Source: Eledone cirrhosa
Lineage: Eukaryota
Assembly (NCBI GenBank): GCA_964016885.1
Contig: OZ024743.1
Coordinates: 133,672,001-133,736,000 of the forward strand
Reading direction: 5' to 3'
DNA length: 64,000 nt
The number at the start of each line of letters is the position of its first letter. Position 1 is the first letter of the stretch. The notes beneath the pieces are model-generated. The model had not been told where the DNA came from, searched no databases, and was given only the letters and a program-made list of their open reading frames with translations. Position numbers and translations under genes: made by a program. Shown here piece by piece: positions 60,641-64,000 of the stretch.

Positions 60641-63600
60641 TGTTTGGTGTTTGATGCTTGGTGCTTGATGCTTGGTGCTTGGTGCTTGGTGTTTGGTGCT
60701 TGGTGCTTGGTGATTGTACTTGGTGCTTGGTGCTTGGTGTTTGGTGCTTGGTGTTTGGTGCTTGGTGTTTGGTGTTTGCTCTTTGCTGTATGGTGTTTGG
60801 TGTTTGCTGCTTGGTGTTTGGTGTTTGGTGTTTGCTGTTTGGTGTTTGCTGTTTGGTGCTTGGTGTTTGGTGTTTGGTGCTTGGTGCTTGGGGCTTGGCG
60901 TTTGGTGCTTGGTGCTTGGTGCTTGGTGTTTGGTGTTTGGTGCTTGGTGTTTGGTGCTTGGTGCTTGGTGCTGGGTGTTTGGTGCTTGGTGCTTGGTGTT
61001 TGGTGCATGGTGCTTGGTTTTTGGTGTTTGTCGCTTGATGCTTGGTGCTTGGTGTTTGGTGCTTGGTGTTTGGTGTTTTGTGCTTGGTGCTTGGTGTTTG
61101 GTGTTTGGTGCTTGATGTTTGGTGTTTGGTGCTTGGTGCTTGGTGTTTGTTGCTTGGTACTTGGTGCATTGTGTTTGATGCTTGGTGTTTGATGCTTGGT
61201 GCTTGGTGTTTGGTGCTTGGTGTTTGTACTTGGTGCTTGGTGCTTGGTGTTTTGTGCTTGGTTCTTGGTGTTTGGTGTTTGGCGCTTGGTGTTTGTTGTT
61301 TGGTGCTTTCTGCTTGCTGCTTGGTGTTTGGTGCTTGGTGATTGGTGCTTGGTGTTTGGTGCTTGGTGCTTGGTGTTTGGTGTTTGGTGCTAGGTGCTTG
61401 GTGTTTGGTGTCTGGTGTTTGGTGCTTGGTGTTTGGTGTTTGGTGCTTCGTGCTTGGGGCTTGGTGTTTGGTGCTAGGTGCTTGGTGCTTGGTGCTTGGT
61501 GTTTGGTGCTTGGTGTTTGGTGCTTGGTACTTGGGGCTTGGTGTTTGGTGCTTGGTGCTTGGTGTTTGGTGCTTGGTGCTTGGTGTTTGGTGTTTGGTGC
61601 TTGGTGCTTGGTGCTGGGTGCTTGGTGTTTGGTGCTTGGTGCTTGGTGCTTGGTGTTTGGTGCTTGGTGCTTGGTGCTTTGTCTTTGGTGCTTGGTGTTT
61701 GGTGTTTGGTGTTTGGTGCTTGGTGCTTGGTGTTTGGTGCTTGGTACTTGGTGATTAGTGTTTGGTGCTTGGTGCTTGTGGTTTGGTGTTTGGTGCTTGG
61801 TGCTTGGTGTTGGGTGCTTGGTGCTTGGTGTTTGGTGCTTGGTGTTTGGTTTTTGCTGTTTGGTGTTTGGTGTTTGGTGTTTGCTGTTTGCTGTTTGGTG
61901 TCTGCTTTTTGGTGTTTGGTGTTTGCTGTATGGTGTTTGCTGTTTCGTGTTTATTGTTTGCTGTTTGGTGTTTGGTGTTTGGTGTTTGGTGTTTCCTGTT
62001 TGGTCTTTAGTCTTTGGTGCTTGTTGTTTGGTGCTTGGTGCTTGGTGTTTGGTGCTTGGTGCTTGTTGTTTGGTGATTTGTGCTTGGTGCTTGGTGTTTG
62101 GTGTTTGGTGCTTGGGTCTTGGTGTTTGGTGCTGCGTGGTTGGTGCTTGGTGCTTGGTGCTTGGTGTTTTGTGTTTGGTGTTTGATGCTTGGTGTTTGGT
62201 GTTTGGTGTTTGGTGCTTGGTGCTTGGTGTTTGGTGTTTGATGCTTGGTGCTTGATGCTTGGTGCTTGGTGTTTGGTGCTTGTTGTTTGTACTTGGTGCT
62301 TGGTGCTTGGTGTTTGGTGCTTGGTGTTTGGTGCTTGGCGTTTGGTGTTTGCTGTTTGCTGTTTGCTGTTTGGTATTTGCTGTTTGGTGTTTGGTGTTTG
62401 CTGTTTGGTGTTTAATGTTTGGTGTTTGGTGCTTGCTGTTTGGTGCTTGGTGTTTGGTGCTTGGTGTTTGGTGTTTGGTGTTTGGTGTTTGGTGCTTGGT
62501 GCTTGGGGCTTGGTGTTTGGTGCTTGGTGCTTGGTGCTTGGTGTTTGGTGTTTGGTGCTTGGTGTTTGGTGCTTGCTGTTTGGTGCTTGGTGCTGGGTGT
62601 TTGGTGCTTGGTGTTTGGTGCATGGTGCTTGGTGCTTGGTGTTTGTCGCTTGGTGCTTGGTGCTTGGTGTTGGTGCTTGGTGTTTGGTGTTTGGTGCTTG
62701 GTGCTTGGTTTTTGGTGTTTGGTGCTTGGTGTTTGGTGCTTGGTGCTTGGTGTTTGTTGCTTGGTACTTGGTGCATGGTGTTTGGTGCTGGGTGCTTGGT
62801 GTTTGGTGCTTGGTGTTTGGTGCTTGGTGCTTGGTGTTTGGTGTTTGGTGTTTGATGCTTGGTGTTTGATGCTTGGTGCTTGGTGCTTGGTGTTTGGTGC
62901 TTGGTGTTTGTACTTGGTGCTTGGTGTTTTGTGCTTGGTTCTTTGTGTTTGGTGTTTGGTGCTTGGTGCTTGGTGTTAGGTGTTTGGTGCTTGGTGCTTG
63001 GTGTTTGGTGTTTGGTCCTTGGTGCTTGGTGTTTAGTGCTTGGTGCTTGGAGTTTGTTGTTTGGTGCTTTCTGCTTGCTGCTTGGTGTTTGGTGGTTGGT
63101 GGTTGGTGCTTGGTGTATGGTGTTTGGTGCTAGGTGCTTGGTGTTTGGTGTTTGGTGTTTGATGCTTGGTGTTTGGTGCTTGGTGTTTGGTGTTTTGTGC
63201 TTGGTGCTTGGGGCTTGGTGTTTAGTGCTTGGTGCTTGGTGCTTGGTGTTTGGTGCTTGGTGCTTGGTGTTTGGTGTTTGGTGCTTGGTGCTTGGTGTTT
63301 GGTGCTTGGTGCTTGGTGCTGGGTGGTTGGTATTTGGTGCTTGGTGCTTGGTGTTTGGTGCTTGGTGCTTGGTGCTTGGTGTTTGGTGCTTGGTGCTTGG
63401 TGCTTGGTCTTTGGTGCTTGGTGTTTGGTGCTTGGTGCTTGGTGCTTGGTGTTTGGTGCTTGGTGATTAGTGTTTGGTGCTTGGTGCTTGGGGTTTGGTG
63501 TTTGGTGCTTGGTACTTGGTGTTTGGTGCTTGGTGTTTGGTGTTTGCTGTTTGGTGTTTGGTGTTTGGTGTTTGCTGTTTGCTTTTTGGTGTTTGGTGTT

Positions 63601-64000
63601 TGCTGTATGGTGTTTGCTGTTTGGTGTTTGGTGTTTGCTGTTTGGTGTTTGGTGTTTGCTGTTTGGTGCTTGGTGCTTGGTGTTTGGTGTTTGGTGCTTG
63701 GTGCTTGGTGTTTGGTGTTTGTTGCTTGGTGCTTGGTGCTTGGTGTTTGGTGTTTGGTGTTTGGTGCTTGGTGTCTGGTGCTTGGTGTTTGGTGTTTGGT
63801 GTTTGGTGCTTGGTGTTTGGTGTTTGGTGTTTGGTGCTTGGTGTTTGGTGTTTGGTGTTTGGTGTTTGGTGCTTGTTGCTTGGTGCTTGGTGCTTGGTGT
63901 TTGGTGCTTGGTGCTTGGTGTTTGTTGCTGGGTGCTTGGTGTTTGGTGCTTGGTGCTTGGTGCTTGGTGTTTGGTGTTTGGTGCTTGGTGCTTGGTGTTT

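Larger units (their letters stand above)
1..64000 (+). repeat. Heptameric satellite array (TTGGTGY)n, about 9,150 units, single orientation, extends beyond both window edges
   Basis: Every line parses as TTGGTGC/TTGGTGT units or close variants (TTGCTGT, TTGGTAC, TAGGTGY, TTGATGY, TTGGTTC, TTGGTCT, TTGTAC etc.). The + strand is G/T-rich and nearly A-free throughout. No unique sequence or inverted segment seen. Confidence 0.99.

Noticed and set aside
612-63470. Hundreds of + strand ORFs encoding (WCLVLGA/WCLVFGV)n, up to 684 aa
   Set aside because: A stop-free 7-bp repeat gives the same heptapeptide in all three frames. The ORFs overlap in every frame, start at repeat-derived TTG/GTG, end at sporadic variant stops and have no unique domains.
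1-64000. CRISPR array or repeat-spacer system
   Set aside because: There are no unique spacers, no 23-50-bp palindromic repeats and no cas or other genes. All sequence is heptamer-derived.
1-64000. Canonical telomere tract (TTAGGG, TTTAGGG, TTAGG)
   Set aside because: TTAGG occurs only as isolated TAGGTGT variants and never in tandem.
1-64000. Pure sequencing or amplification artefact, or de novo polymerase/RT-synthesised repeat
   Set aside because: Rare variants recur in conserved order with graded divergence among copies, which implies heritable evolution. Only the near-identical 9666-bp pair remains suspect.
1-64000. Fungal RIP or CpG-deamination signature explaining the C/T dimorphism
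   Set aside because: The variable C is in a CTT context, not CpG or CpA. The abundant TpG/CpA sites are largely intact, with only occasional TG>TA variants.
1-64000. Cyanobacterial STRR-type or other bacterial heptamer repeats
   Set aside because: Those are short intergenic tracts of tens to hundreds of bp with different consensus motifs. Nothing here shows bacterial gene context.
1-64000. Hidden insertion (transposon, RNA gene, inverted segment) inside the array
   Set aside because: I saw no A-rich, CACCAA-oriented or non-repeat stretch longer than one unit. A computational parse would be needed to exclude inserts of only a few bases.

Overview
The whole 64,000-bp window is one uninterrupted, single-orientation tandem array of a 7-bp unit, TTGGTGY (TTGGTGC / TTGGTGT; reverse complement RCACCAA). 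That is about 9,150 units, and the array runs off both window edges. I found no unique sequence, credible gene, RNA gene, mobile element or CRISPR array. All ORFs in the track are translations of the heptamer (WCLV[L/F]G[A/V] on +, TKHQ[A/T]P[S/N] on -). The informative signal lies in the variant units, which act as heritable landmarks and reveal layered higher-order structure. This includes a roughly 1-kb ancestral cycle of landmark variants and nested duplications with offsets of 119, 328, 406, 1923, 2657, 3384, 3435/3491, about 8.1-8.3 kb, 9666, 21283 and about 31.9 kb. Two interleaved sub-families of variants are present. The best interpretation is a eukaryotic-type simple satellite (pericentromeric, centromeric or telomere-associated) evolving by unequal exchange. 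The organism and function cannot be determined from the sequence alone. Offsets were derived from identical ORFs and landmark positions; block boundaries are approximate (tens of bp).
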